Shown here piece after piece: positions 8,678 to 17,406 of a stretch of 64,000 nt of DNA. The first letter of the stretch is position 1, and each line of letters opens with the position of its first letter. This DNA is from Deltaproteobacteria bacterium (GTDB taxonomy: Bacteria; Myxococcota_A; UBA9160; UBA6930). The notes beneath the pieces are model-generated. The model was not told where the DNA came from. It ran no database searches and was given only the letters and a program-made list of their open reading frames with translations. The translations under genes and the position numbers were made by a program. The stretch spans positions 679-64,678 of the forward strand of contig JAPPPQ010000048.1 in NCBI GenBank assembly GCA_028817435.1, given 5' to 3'.

Positions 8678-11220
8678 CGGCGCAAGGCGCTTTCGTCATC
8701 GCCGGGGGGGGCACCGGCGGCCATGTGATGCCGGCTCTGGCGCTGGGCGAGGCGCTGCGCGACTCTGGAGAGCGCGTGCTCTTCGTGGGGGCACGGCGCG
8801 GCATTGAGCGCCGCCTGGTCCCCGAGGCGGGCTTCGAGCTGACCACCTACGGCGTGCGGCCCTTTCTGGGGCGCGGCCCCATTGCCCGGCTGGCCGCCCT
8901 GCTGGCCCTGGGCATCGCCACATTGCGGGCGCTGCGGCTGCTGCGCCGCCGGCGGGCTGTGCTGGTCATTGCCGTGGGCGGCTACGCCTCGGCCCCGGCG
9001 GCGCTGGCCGGGGCGCTGCTGCGCCTGCCCGTGGCGCTGGTGAACACCGACGCCCAGCCCGGCAGCGCCAACCGCTGGCTGGCGCGGCTGGCAAAGCGCG
9101 TCTTCGTGGGTTTCGAGGCAGCGGCGGCGGCCTTTCCGCACCCGGAGGCCGTGCGGGTGACCGGCGTGCCGCTGCGCGCCGCCTTCACCGCAAAGCTGGG
9201 CGCGGCCGAGCCCCCCCGCTGCGGGGCAAAGGGCGAGCGGCTGCGGCTCTTCGCCTTTGGCGGCAGCCAGGGCGCGGCGCAGCTCAACCGCGCCCTGTTG
9301 CGCGCCCTGCCCCGGCTTTCGCCGCAGCGGCTCTCGGTGGTGCATCAGACCGGGGCGGCCAGCCAGGAAGAGGCCCAGCGCGCCTGGCAGGCGGCGGGCT
9401 TCGACGCCCGGGTGGTGGCCTTTGAGGACGATATGCCGGCCCGGCTGCGCTGGGCCGATTTGGTGGTGTGCCGGGCCGGGGCGATGAGCGTGGCCGAGCT
9501 GGCCCTGGCGGGCCGGGCCGCATTGCTGGCGCCGCTCTCTCATGTGGGCGGCGGCGAGCAGCGCGGCAACGCCCGGGAGCTGGAGGCCGCCGGGGCGGCC
9601 CAGGTGCTGGACGCCCGGGAGCTGCCCCCCGGCACCGATTTCGACAGCGCCTTCGCCGAAACCCTGGTGACGCTGCTGGGCGATCCCGAGGCGCTGCGCG
9701 AGATGGGCCGCCGCGCCGCCCTGCGCGCCCGGCCCGATGCCGCGGCGCAAATCGCAGCCGACTGCCGGGCGCTGGCGCGGGGCGCGCGGCCCGCATCCGC
9801 CGCCGCGCCGCCGCCGGAGCGCCTGCGGCGGGTGCACTTCGTCGGCGCGGGGGGCAGCGGCATGAGCGGCCTGGCCGAGCTGCTCATTGCCCGGGGCGCG
9901 CGGGTGAGCGGCTCGGACCTGCGGGAAGAGCGCAATGTGGCGCGGCTGCGGGGCCTGGGCGCGGCCATTCACACCGGCCACTCCGACAGCCACCTGGGCG
10001 AGGCCGATGCCGTGGTGTTTTCCTCGGCCATCAGCGCGGGCAACCCGGAGCTGGCCGCCGCCCGGCGGCGCGGCATTCCCGTGCTGCACCGCAGCGAATT
10101 GCTGGCCGCGCTGATGGAAGCGCAGCAGGGCGCGGCCATTGCCGGCAGCCACGGCAAGACCACCACCAGCGCCCTTACCGCCCACATCGCCGCGGCCTGC
10201 GGACTCGATCCCAGCGTGGTGATCGGCGGGCGCGTGCGGGGCGCGGCGGGGGCGCGGCTGGGGGGCGGCGCATGGCTCATCGCCGAGGCCGATGAGAGCG
10301 ACGGCTCCTTTTTGCGCCTCGCGCCCCGGCTCGCCGCCATTACCAACATGGAGGCCGAGCACCTGGACCACTACGGCAGCGCCGAGGCGCTGGGCCGGGC
10401 CTTCGCCGATTTCGCCAATCGCGTGCCCGAAGAGGGCTGCGCGGTGCTGGGCGTAGGCGATCCCGGCGTCCGCCAGCTGCTGCCGCAAATCGCCCGCCGC
10501 CGGGTCACTTACGCCCTGGACGATTCCAACGGCGCGGGCGCGGCCACCGAAGCCGCGGCCGGCGCGGACTGGCTGGCCTGCGGACTGGTGCGGGAGGGCG
10601 CGGGGGTGCGCTTCCGCGTGCTGCGGCACGGCGAGACGCTGGGCGAGGTGCAATTGCCGCTGCCGGGGGCGCACAACGCCGCCAACGCGCTGGCGGCCCT
10701 GGCGCTGGCGGCGGAGATGGGCGTGGAATTCCCGCAGGCCGCGGCGGCGCTGCGGGGCTTCCCCGGCGTAGAGCGGCGCTTTGAGGAAAAGGGCGTCCGC
10801 GCCGGCGTCCGCGTGGTGGACGACTACGGCCACCATCCCAGCGAGCTTCGCGCCACCTTGTCTGCGGCGCGGGATTCCCATGCGGGCCGCCTGGTCGCCG
10901 TCTTTCAGCCCCACCGCTACACGCGCACCCGCGACCTGTTTGCAGAGTTTGCGGCCTGCTTCGATGCCGCGGATCTGCTGGTGCTGACGCCGGTCTACGG
11001 CGCGGGAGAGGCGCCGCTGCCCGGCGCGGGGGCGGCGCAACTGGCCGCCGCCATTCGCGCCCGCGGCCAGAGCCAGGTGCGCCTGGCCGGCTGCCTCGCC
11101 GAGGTGGCGCCCGCCCTTGCGCCGGAACTGCGCGCGGGCGATCTGGTGCTCACCCTGGGCGCGGGCAATGTCGGCCGCGTGGGGCCCGAGTTGCTGGCGG
11201 CGCTGGAGCAGCGCGGATGA
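8674..11220 (+). CDS. murG-murC: MurG (lipid II GlcNAc transferase) and MurC (UDP-MurNAc--L-alanine ligase) in one continuous frame. This is an apparent MurG-MurC fusion of 848 aa.
   Basis: The GTG at 8674 overlaps the ftsW stop (GTGA). MurG G-loop IAGGGTGGHVMPALAL. After a ~12-aa Ala/Pro linker come the MurC motifs VHFVGAGGSGMSGLAELL, IAGSHGKTTT and DDYGHHPSE. There is no in-frame stop between 8674 and 11220. A possible internal GTG lies at 9832, with GGAG 12 nt upstream. Confidence 0.8.
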   Translation: MTAQGAFVIAGGGTGGHVMPALALGEALRDSGERVLFVGARRGIERRLVPEAGFELTTYGVRPFLGRGPIARLAALLALGIATLRALRLLRRRRAVLVIAVGGYASAPAALAGALLRLPVALVNTDAQPGSANRWLARLAKRVFVGFEAAAAAFPHPEAVRVTGVPLRAAFTAKLGAAEPPRCGAKGERLRLFAFGGSQGAAQLNRALLRALPRLSPQRLSVVHQTGAASQEEAQRAWQAAGFDARVVAFEDDMPARLRWADLVVCRAGAMSVAELALAGRAALLAPLSHVGGGEQRGNARELEAAGAAQVLDARELPPGTDFDSAFAETLVTLLGDPEALREMGRRAALRARPDAAAQIAADCRALARGARPASAAAPPPERLRRVHFVGAGGSGMSGLAELLIARGARVSGSDLREERNVARLRGLGAAIHTGHSDSHLGEADAVVFSSAISAGNPELAAARRRGIPVLHRSELLAALMEAQQGAAIAGSHGKTTTSALTAHIAAACGLDPSVVIGGRVRGAAGARLGGGAWLIAEADESDGSFLRLAPRLAAITNMEAEHLDHYGSAEALGRAFADFANRVPEEGCAVLGVGDPGVRQLLPQIARRRVTYALDDSNGAGAATEAAAGADWLACGLVREGAGVRFRVLRHGETLGEVQLPLPGAHNAANALAALALAAEMGVEFPQAAAALRGFPGVERRFEEKGVRAGVRVVDDYGHHPSELRATLSAARDSHAGRLVAVFQPHRYTRTRDLFAEFAACFDAADLLVLTPVYGAGEAPLPGAGAAQLAAAIRARGQSQVRLAGCLAEVAPALAPELRAGDLVLTLGAGNVGRVGPELLAALEQRG

Positions 11221-12134
11221 TCGCCGAAGCCCTGCAGGCAGAGCTCGGCGAAGTGCTGCCCGGCGCGGTGTGCTTCGATGTGCCGGGGCGGCGGCTCACC
11301 TCGCTGCGCATCGGCGGCCCCGCCGATGCCCTGGCCGCGCCGCCGGACCGCGCGGCGCTGGCGCGGCTGTTGCGCTTTTGCGCCCGCCGCGGCCTGCGCC
11401 GCCGGGCCGTGGGCCGGGGCTTCAACACCATCATCCGCGACGAGGGCGTGGACGGCGTGCTGATCGCGCTCTCGAAGCTGCGGCGCATTGCAGAGCGCCC
11501 CGGCGGGCTGTTGCGGGTCGAGGCCGGCGTCTCTCACGCCAGCCTGAGCCACTTCTGCCGCGAGCGCGGACTCGCCGGGCTGGAGTTCGGCGCGGGCATT
11601 CCCGGAAGCATCGGCGGCTGGATCGCCATGAACGCCGGCATTCCCGGCCGCGAGGTGAAGGATGTGGTGCGCGAACTGGAAGTGATGAGCCCGGGCGGGC
11701 GGCGTCTGCGGCGCATTGGCGCAGAGCGGTTGCGCTTCCGCTACCGCGGACTCGCCGGCCTTGCGCCGGGCTCGCTGGTGGTATCGGCGCTGCTGGCCGT
11801 GCGCCCCGCCGGCAAGCAGGAGGTTCGCGCCGAAACCGCCCGCCTGCTGGCGCAGCGCGCGGCGTCGCAGCCGCTGGATCAGCCCTCCTGCGGCTCCATC
11901 TTCAAGAACCCGCAGCGCGGCAGCGCCGGGCGGCTCATCGAGGCCGCCGGACTCAAGGGCGCGCGGCGCGGCGGTGCGCGCATTTCGGAGCGCCACGCCA
12001 ACTTCATCGTCAACGAGGGCGGCGCAAGCGCCGCCGATGTGCTGGCGCTGATCGGCCAGGCCCGGGCGCAGGTGCGGCTGCGCACCGGCGTGCAGCTCGA
12101 GCCCGAGGTGTGCATTTGGGGGCGGGAGTCATGA
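11217..12134 (+). CDS. murB: UDP-N-acetylenolpyruvoylglucosamine reductase
   Basis: FAD-binding type N-terminus (SLRIGGPAD), SCGSIFKNP motif, and a 4-nt overlap with the murC stop. Confidence 0.88.
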   Translation: MIAEALQAELGEVLPGAVCFDVPGRRLTSLRIGGPADALAAPPDRAALARLLRFCARRGLRRRAVGRGFNTIIRDEGVDGVLIALSKLRRIAERPGGLLRVEAGVSHASLSHFCRERGLAGLEFGAGIPGSIGGWIAMNAGIPGREVKDVVRELEVMSPGGRRLRRIGAERLRFRYRGLAGLAPGSLVVSALLAVRPAGKQEVRAETARLLAQRAASQPLDQPSCGSIFKNPQRGSAGRLIEAAGLKGARRGGARISERHANFIVNEGGASAADVLALIGQARAQVRLRTGVQLEPEVCIWGRES

Positions 12135-12967
12135 GGCGCAGGCGGCGGCGGACGGGCCGGCTGCGCCGGACGCTGTTTTTCGGCGCGGCGCTGGCGCTGG
12201 GCCTGTTGGCGGGGGCGCGCTACGGCGCGCAGCTCGCCAGGGGCGGCGCGGTTTCGAGCCTCGCCATCAGCGGCAACGGGCCGCTGCCGGCGGAGGAGCT
12301 GGCCGCCCTTTCGCAGGTGCGGGCGGGCACCCCCTGGCGCGAGCTGGATTTGGAGGCCGTGGGGCGCTCGGTGGCGCGCCACCCTTGGGTGCGCGAGGCC
12401 CGGGCCGTGGCGCTGCCCGCCGGCCGCCTGCTCATTGAGGTGACGCTGCGCGAGGCCCGGGCCGTGGCGCAGCTCGCCGACGGCCGCCGCTTTGTGGACG
12501 AAAACGGCGAGCCATTCGCCGAAGCCGCGGGCGATTCCGCCGCGCCGCAGATTTTGGGGGCCGAGGCCCTGGCCGGCGAGGCCGGCCGCCCGCTGCTGCG
12601 CCGGGGACTGCGGCTGCTGGATGCGGCGCAGCGCCACGGCCTGCCCCGCCCCGAAGCCGTCGAGCCCGAAACCCCCGCCATGCTCTTCGAGCGGCGGGGG
12701 CGCGCGCTGCGCGTGCTCATTGGCGGCAAGCTGGAAGAGCGGCTGCCGCTGCTGGCGCGGCTCTTCGATTCCAGGCTGCCGGAACTCGCCCGCGCCCGGG
12801 AGGCCGATCTGCGCTTCGGCGACCCGCTGATTCTGCGCGAGCTCGATGAGTTCGGCGAGCTTCCGCCGGGGGAATTCGCCCCGGAGCAATTCGGCGAAAC
12901 CGGCGGCGCCGGCGACTCGTGGCAGCAATGGGACGGGCGCGGCGCACGGCGCGAGGAGGAGGAGTGA
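12131..12967 (+). CDS. ftsQ: Cell division protein FtsQ (Arg-rich N-terminus, single TM, POTRA-like region, acidic tail)
   Basis: The ATG at 12131 overlaps the murB stop. N-terminus MRRRRRRTGRLRR followed by TM segment LFFGAALALGLLAG. It sits between murB and ftsA. The identification rests mainly on context. Confidence 0.7.
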   Translation: MRRRRRRTGRLRRTLFFGAALALGLLAGARYGAQLARGGAVSSLAISGNGPLPAEELAALSQVRAGTPWRELDLEAVGRSVARHPWVREARAVALPAGRLLIEVTLREARAVAQLADGRRFVDENGEPFAEAAGDSAAPQILGAEALAGEAGRPLLRRGLRLLDAAQRHGLPRPEAVEPETPAMLFERRGRALRVLIGGKLEERLPLLARLFDSRLPELARAREADLRFGDPLILRELDEFGELPPGEFAPEQFGETGGAGDSWQQWDGRGARREEEE

Positions 12968-12969
12968 GC

Positions 12970-14205
12970 ATGTCCCGCAGTGCGGAGCCGCTGGTCGGCC
13001 TCGACATCGGAACCACGAAGATCTGCGTGGTGGTGGCCGAGCCCACCGAGCGCGGCGTGGAGGTGACCGGCATCGGCACGCATCCCTCGAAGGGGCTGCG
13101 CAAGGGCGTGGTGGTGGACATTGAGAGCACCGTGGATTCCATCAAGCACGCCGTCGAAGAGGCGGAGCTGATGGCCGATTGCGAGATCACCTCGGTGTTC
13201 GCCGGCATTGCCGGCGGGCACATCGGCGGCATGAATTCCCACGGCGTGGTGGCGGTGAAGGAGGGCGAGGTCACCGAGAACGATCTGCGCCGGGTGATTG
13301 ACGCGGCAAAGGCCGTGGCGATTCCCATGGACCGCGAGGTGATCCATGTGATTCCCCAGGAGTTCGTGGTGGACGAGCAGAGCGGCATCCGGGAGCCCCT
13401 CGGAATGCACGGCGTCCGCCTGGAAGCCCGCATTCACATCGTCACCGCGGCGGTGGCCAGCGCGCAGAACATCGTGAAGTGCGCCAACAAGGCGGGGCTC
13501 AATGTGGCGGACATCGTGCTCGAGCCGCTGGCCTCGGCAGAGGCGGTGCTGGCCGGCGACGAGCGCGACCTCGGCGTCTGCCTGGTGGACATTGGCGGCG
13601 GCACCACCGACATCGCCGTCTTCGCAAACGGCTCCATCGCCCATACCTCGGTGCTGGGGCTGGGCGGCGCCCATGTGACCAATGACATCGCCATTGGCCT
13701 GCGCACGCCCTTCGAGGAAGCCGAGCGCATCAAGAAGCGCTTCGGCGTCGCCTCGCCGCGCTATTTGAAGAGCGACGACGCCATCACCGTGCCGAGCCTG
13801 GGCGGGCGGCGGCCCCGCGAGGTGTCGCGCAAGACTCTCTGCGAGGTCATTGAGCCGCGCTGCGAAGAGATTCTCTCGCTGGCGCGGGATGAGATTGCGC
13901 GGCGCGGGCTGCACGAGCGCATTCCCTCCGGCGTGGTGCTCACCGGCGGCTGCTCGGCGCTCTGCGGCATTGAAGAGCTGGCGGAGGAGATTTTCGAAGC
14001 GCCGGTGCGGCAGGGCATGCCCCACCGCGTGGGCGGATTGCAGGATGTGTTGAAGAGCCCCATGTATGCCACCGGCGCGGGGCTGGTGCTGCACGGCCGC
14101 GGGCAGGTGCGCCGCGGGACTTCGCGCTTCCGCATCCGCGACGAATCGATCTTCCGGCGCGTGCGGCAGCGCATGCGCGACTGGTTCTACGGAGAGTTCG
14201 CGTGA
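12970..14205 (+). CDS. ftsA: Cell division protein FtsA (actin-like ATPase)
   Basis: ATG at 12970. Motifs VGLDIGTTKICVVV and VDIGGGTTDIAVF. The start of listed ORF 12919 lies inside ftsQ. Confidence 0.9.
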   Translation: MSRSAEPLVGLDIGTTKICVVVAEPTERGVEVTGIGTHPSKGLRKGVVVDIESTVDSIKHAVEEAELMADCEITSVFAGIAGGHIGGMNSHGVVAVKEGEVTENDLRRVIDAAKAVAIPMDREVIHVIPQEFVVDEQSGIREPLGMHGVRLEARIHIVTAAVASAQNIVKCANKAGLNVADIVLEPLASAEAVLAGDERDLGVCLVDIGGGTTDIAVFANGSIAHTSVLGLGGAHVTNDIAIGLRTPFEEAERIKKRFGVASPRYLKSDDAITVPSLGGRRPREVSRKTLCEVIEPRCEEILSLARDEIARRGLHERIPSGVVLTGGCSALCGIEELAEEIFEAPVRQGMPHRVGGLQDVLKSPMYATGAGLVLHGRGQVRRGTSRFRIRDESIFRRVRQRMRDWFYGEFA

Positions 14206-14273
14206 AGCCGGCGGCGCATGCGCCGTTGACAGAAACCATAAAGTTGCCAAAACAACCCAGGGGGGTGAGAAAA

Positions 14274-15605
14274 ATGGCGAAGCACGACGAGACGCAGACC
14301 ACATCGGCAGGCGCAGCGCCCGGCACGCCGCTGCTGGAAGTGGGACCCGAGGGCGCGGACGAGTTGCTCGATTTCGAGAGCGCCGGAATGCAGGCGCGCA
14401 TCCGCGTGATTGGCGTGGGCGGCGCAGGCGGCAACGCGCTGGACACGATGATCCGCGCGGGGCTGCAGGGCGTGGAGTTCATTTGCGCCAACACCGACGC
14501 CCAGGCCCTGGAGCACAAGCTCGCGCCCACCAAGGTGCAGCTCGGCGCGGCGCTGACGCGCGGGCTGGGCTGCGGCGCCAACCCCGAAAAGGGCCGCGCC
14601 GCGGCGCTGGAAGACCGCGACAAGCTGCGCGACCTGTTGATGGGCTCGGACATGGTCTTCGTGACCGCCGGCCTCGGCGGCGGCACCGGCACCGGCGCAG
14701 CCCCGGTGGTGGCCGAAGTGGCCCGGGAAATCGGCGCGCTCACCGTCGCCGTGGTGTCCCGGCCCTTCGATTTCGAGGGCAAAAAGCGCCGCCGCCACGC
14801 CGAGAGCGGACTCGAAGAGCTGCAGGATGCGGCGGACACGCTGATCGCCATCCCCAATCAGCAACTCGTGGACCTCTCCGGCCGCGACACCACTTTGGCG
14901 GACGCCTTCAAGCTCGCCGACGAGGTGCTGCTGAACGCGGTGAAGGGCATTTCCGATGTGATCACCGAGCACGGGCTGGTGAATGTGGACTTTGCCGATG
15001 TGCGCACGGTGATGAACGAGATGGGCACCGCGCTGATGGGCGCAGGCATCGGCGTCGGCGAAAACCGCGCGCGGGATGCGGCCCACGCCGCGGTCTCGAG
15101 CCCGCTGCTGAAGGACATTTCCATGGACGGCGCGCGCGGCGTGCTCATCAATGTCACCGGCGGCCCGGATATGACGCTCTTCGAGGTGAACGAGGCCGCC
15201 ACCCAGGTGGAGCAGGCCGCCCACGAGGACGCCAACATCATCTTCGGCGCGGTGATAGACGAGCAGACGCCGGCAGGCGAGCTGCATGTGACGGTAATCG
15301 CCACCGGGCTGGGCGCGGCGCAGGCGCGGCGCAGCGCCCGGCGCGAGCGGGAGGCCCGGGAGGCCGAAGCCGCAGCAAAGAGCGCGGCCGAGGCCGCGGA
15401 CACCGCGGAGGAATCCGCCGCACACGACGAGACCCACGCCGAGTTGCAGGCCGGCGAAGCGCCCTTCGAATCGCCCTTCGAGGAGGACGATCTCGATGTG
15501 CCCACCTTCCTGCGCAGGGGCAAGCGCATCAGCGATATGCAAGCCGAGGCCCCCACCGAGGCCCGCACGGCGGAAGCGCCGCTGCGCCGCCAGTCGAACG
15601 GCTGA
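14274..15605 (+). CDS. ftsZ: Cell division GTPase FtsZ
   Basis: The ATG at 14274 is preceded by GGGGGTGAGA. Motifs VIGVGGAGGNA and the tubulin signature GLGGGTGTGAAPV. The C-terminal peptide DDLDVPTFLRR is followed by a ~25-aa tail. Confidence 0.92.
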   Translation: MAKHDETQTTSAGAAPGTPLLEVGPEGADELLDFESAGMQARIRVIGVGGAGGNALDTMIRAGLQGVEFICANTDAQALEHKLAPTKVQLGAALTRGLGCGANPEKGRAAALEDRDKLRDLLMGSDMVFVTAGLGGGTGTGAAPVVAEVAREIGALTVAVVSRPFDFEGKKRRRHAESGLEELQDAADTLIAIPNQQLVDLSGRDTTLADAFKLADEVLLNAVKGISDVITEHGLVNVDFADVRTVMNEMGTALMGAGIGVGENRARDAAHAAVSSPLLKDISMDGARGVLINVTGGPDMTLFEVNEAATQVEQAAHEDANIIFGAVIDEQTPAGELHVTVIATGLGAAQARRSARREREAREAEAAAKSAAEAADTAEESAAHDETHAELQAGEAPFESPFEEDDLDVPTFLRRGKRISDMQAEAPTEARTAEAPLRRQSNG

Positions 15606-15617
15606 GCGGAGGCAACC

Positions 15618-16439
15618 ATGGCCGGCGAGATCGTCGAGCTCGAGCGCCGGGGCGCAATCGCCCTGCTGACGCTGAACGATCCCGCGCGGCTGAATGCGAT
15701 GACCGAGGCCATGGGCCGCGGCCTTACGGCTGCGGTTGCCGAGCTGCGCGGCAGCGACTCGCTGCGCGCCGTGGTGCTGAGCGGCGCGGGGCGCGCCTTT
15801 TCTGCCGGCGGCGATTTGAAAATGCTCGCGCGCATGGGCGAAACCGGCCGCAGCGAAAGCGGCGAAGCGCGGCGCGAAAGCCGCGAAGCGAACCGCGCGG
15901 CCATGTCGCGCTTTTACCGCCTGTTCCTGTGCATCCGCGAATTGCCGCAGCCCTGCATCGCCGCGCTGAACGGCCACGCCATCGGAGCCGGCTGCTGCGT
16001 GGCGCTGGCCTGCGACCTGCGCATTGCGGCGCGGGAGGCGAAGCTCGGACTCAACTTCACGCGGCTCGGCATTCACCCGGGCATGGGCGCCACCTGGATG
16101 CTGCCGCGCCTGATCGGCCCCGCCCGCGCCGCCGAACTGCTCTACACCGGCCGCCTGATTTCCGGCGCAGAGGCCGAGCGCATGGGCCTGGTGAGCCGCG
16201 CCCTGCCCCGGGACGAAGTGCTGGAAAGCGCCCTGGCGCTGGCGGAAGAAATCGCCGCGTGCGCGCCGCTGGCCGTGCGCGGCGTCAAGCGCTCGCTGGC
16301 CGCCTCGGAACAATCGAGCCTCGACGAGCAACTCGATGCCGAAGCGCGGGAGCAATCGCTCTGTTATGAGAGCGCCGACCTCGCCGAGGGCCTGCGCGCC
16401 ATCCGGGAAAAGCGCGCGCCCAGCTTCAGCGGCCGCTAA
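15618..16439 (+). CDS. Enoyl-CoA hydratase/isomerase (crotonase) family protein
   Basis: GGAGG lies 6 nt upstream of the ATG. Crotonase motifs AFSAGGDLK and ALNGHAIGAGCCVALACDLRIA. Confidence 0.8.
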   Translation: MAGEIVELERRGAIALLTLNDPARLNAMTEAMGRGLTAAVAELRGSDSLRAVVLSGAGRAFSAGGDLKMLARMGETGRSESGEARRESREANRAAMSRFYRLFLCIRELPQPCIAALNGHAIGAGCCVALACDLRIAAREAKLGLNFTRLGIHPGMGATWMLPRLIGPARAAELLYTGRLISGAEAERMGLVSRALPRDEVLESALALAEEIAACAPLAVRGVKRSLAASEQSSLDEQLDAEAREQSLCYESADLAEGLRAIREKRAPSFSGR

Positions 16440-17404
16440 TCCTCTTCGCCGAAGCCGTGCGCCGATTCGATGATGAAGACGGGGCGTCCCTTCACCTCGT
16501 GAAACACCCGGCCAATGTATTCCCCGAGCACCCCCAGCGTGATGAGCTGCACGCCGCCCAGAAACAAAATCGCCACCATCAGCGATTCGTAGCCCGGCAC
16601 ATCTCCGCCCAGCAGAAGCTTGCGCAGCACCAGAAAGGCCGCGTAGCAAAAGGCGCTTCCCGAAATCAGCAGCCCCACATAGCTCCACATTCGCAGCGGC
16701 AAAGTGCTGAACGCCGTAATGGCGTCCAGCGCCAAATTCCAGAGCTGCCAGTAGCGATACTTCGTCGCGCCCTTCTCGCGCGCCGGGCGCTGGTAGGCAA
16801 TCTGCGCGGACGGATACCCCACATAGCTGAACAGCGAGCGCATGAAGCGCTGTTTCTCGGGCAATGCATTCACCGCATTGACCACGCGCCGCGACATCAG
16901 CCGAAAATATCCCAGATTCTGAACCGGCACATCGGCCAGGCGGTTGTAGAAGCGCCAGAACAGCTTCGAGGTGAGGCGCTTCACAAAGCCCTCATTGGAG
17001 CGGCCCGCGCGCACGCAGTGCACAATGTCAAAGCCCTCGCGCCACTTCTCGACCAACTGCGGAATCAGCTCCGGCGGATCCTGCAGGTCGCCATCCATGA
17101 CAATTACCGCCTGCCCGCGGCACAGCGAGAGCCCGGCGCAGAGCGCGGGCTGCTGCCCGAAGTTGCGCGACAGATTCACCACCTTGATGCGCGGGTCGCG
17201 CCCGTGGTATTCGAGCAACCGCGCAAGCGTGTCGTCCCGGCTGCCGTCGTTCACGCAGACAATCTCGTAATCGCCAAGCCCGCCCAGCGCCGCCTCGCAG
17301 CGCGAGAAGAATTCGCCCAGCACCTGCGCCTCGTCGAACATCGGCACAACCAGCGACAGCAAAACGCCGGATTCCCCGCTCTCGCTCTCTCCCCACTGAT
17401 GCAT
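16436..17404 (-). CDS. Family-2 glycosyltransferase, polyprenyl-phosphate sugar synthase type (GtrB/ArnC/DPM1-like)
   Basis: Motifs SLVVPMFDE, VNDGSRDDT and DGDLQDPPE (DXD), plus two C-terminal TM helices. The stop overlaps the convergent crotonase stop (CTAA). Confidence 0.8.
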   Translation of the reverse strand: MHQWGESESGESGVLLSLVVPMFDEAQVLGEFFSRCEAALGGLGDYEIVCVNDGSRDDTLARLLEYHGRDPRIKVVNLSRNFGQQPALCAGLSLCRGQAVIVMDGDLQDPPELIPQLVEKWREGFDIVHCVRAGRSNEGFVKRLTSKLFWRFYNRLADVPVQNLGYFRLMSRRVVNAVNALPEKQRFMRSLFSYVGYPSAQIAYQRPAREKGATKYRYWQLWNLALDAITAFSTLPLRMWSYVGLLISGSAFCYAAFLVLRKLLLGGDVPGYESLMVAILFLGGVQLITLGVLGEYIGRVFHEVKGRPVFIIESAHGFGEED

Positions 17405-17406
17405 GG

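Noticed and set aside
12134-12135. Absence of ddl between murB and ftsQ, and of other trp genes next to trpC.
   Set aside because: Gene order varies among phyla and these genes may lie elsewhere, so nothing can be concluded from one window.
14226-14231. TTGACA hexamer upstream of ftsZ (another lies at 36157) as a sigma70 -35 box.
   Set aside because: No convincing -10 element at 16-18 nt spacing, so there is too little evidence to call a promoter.
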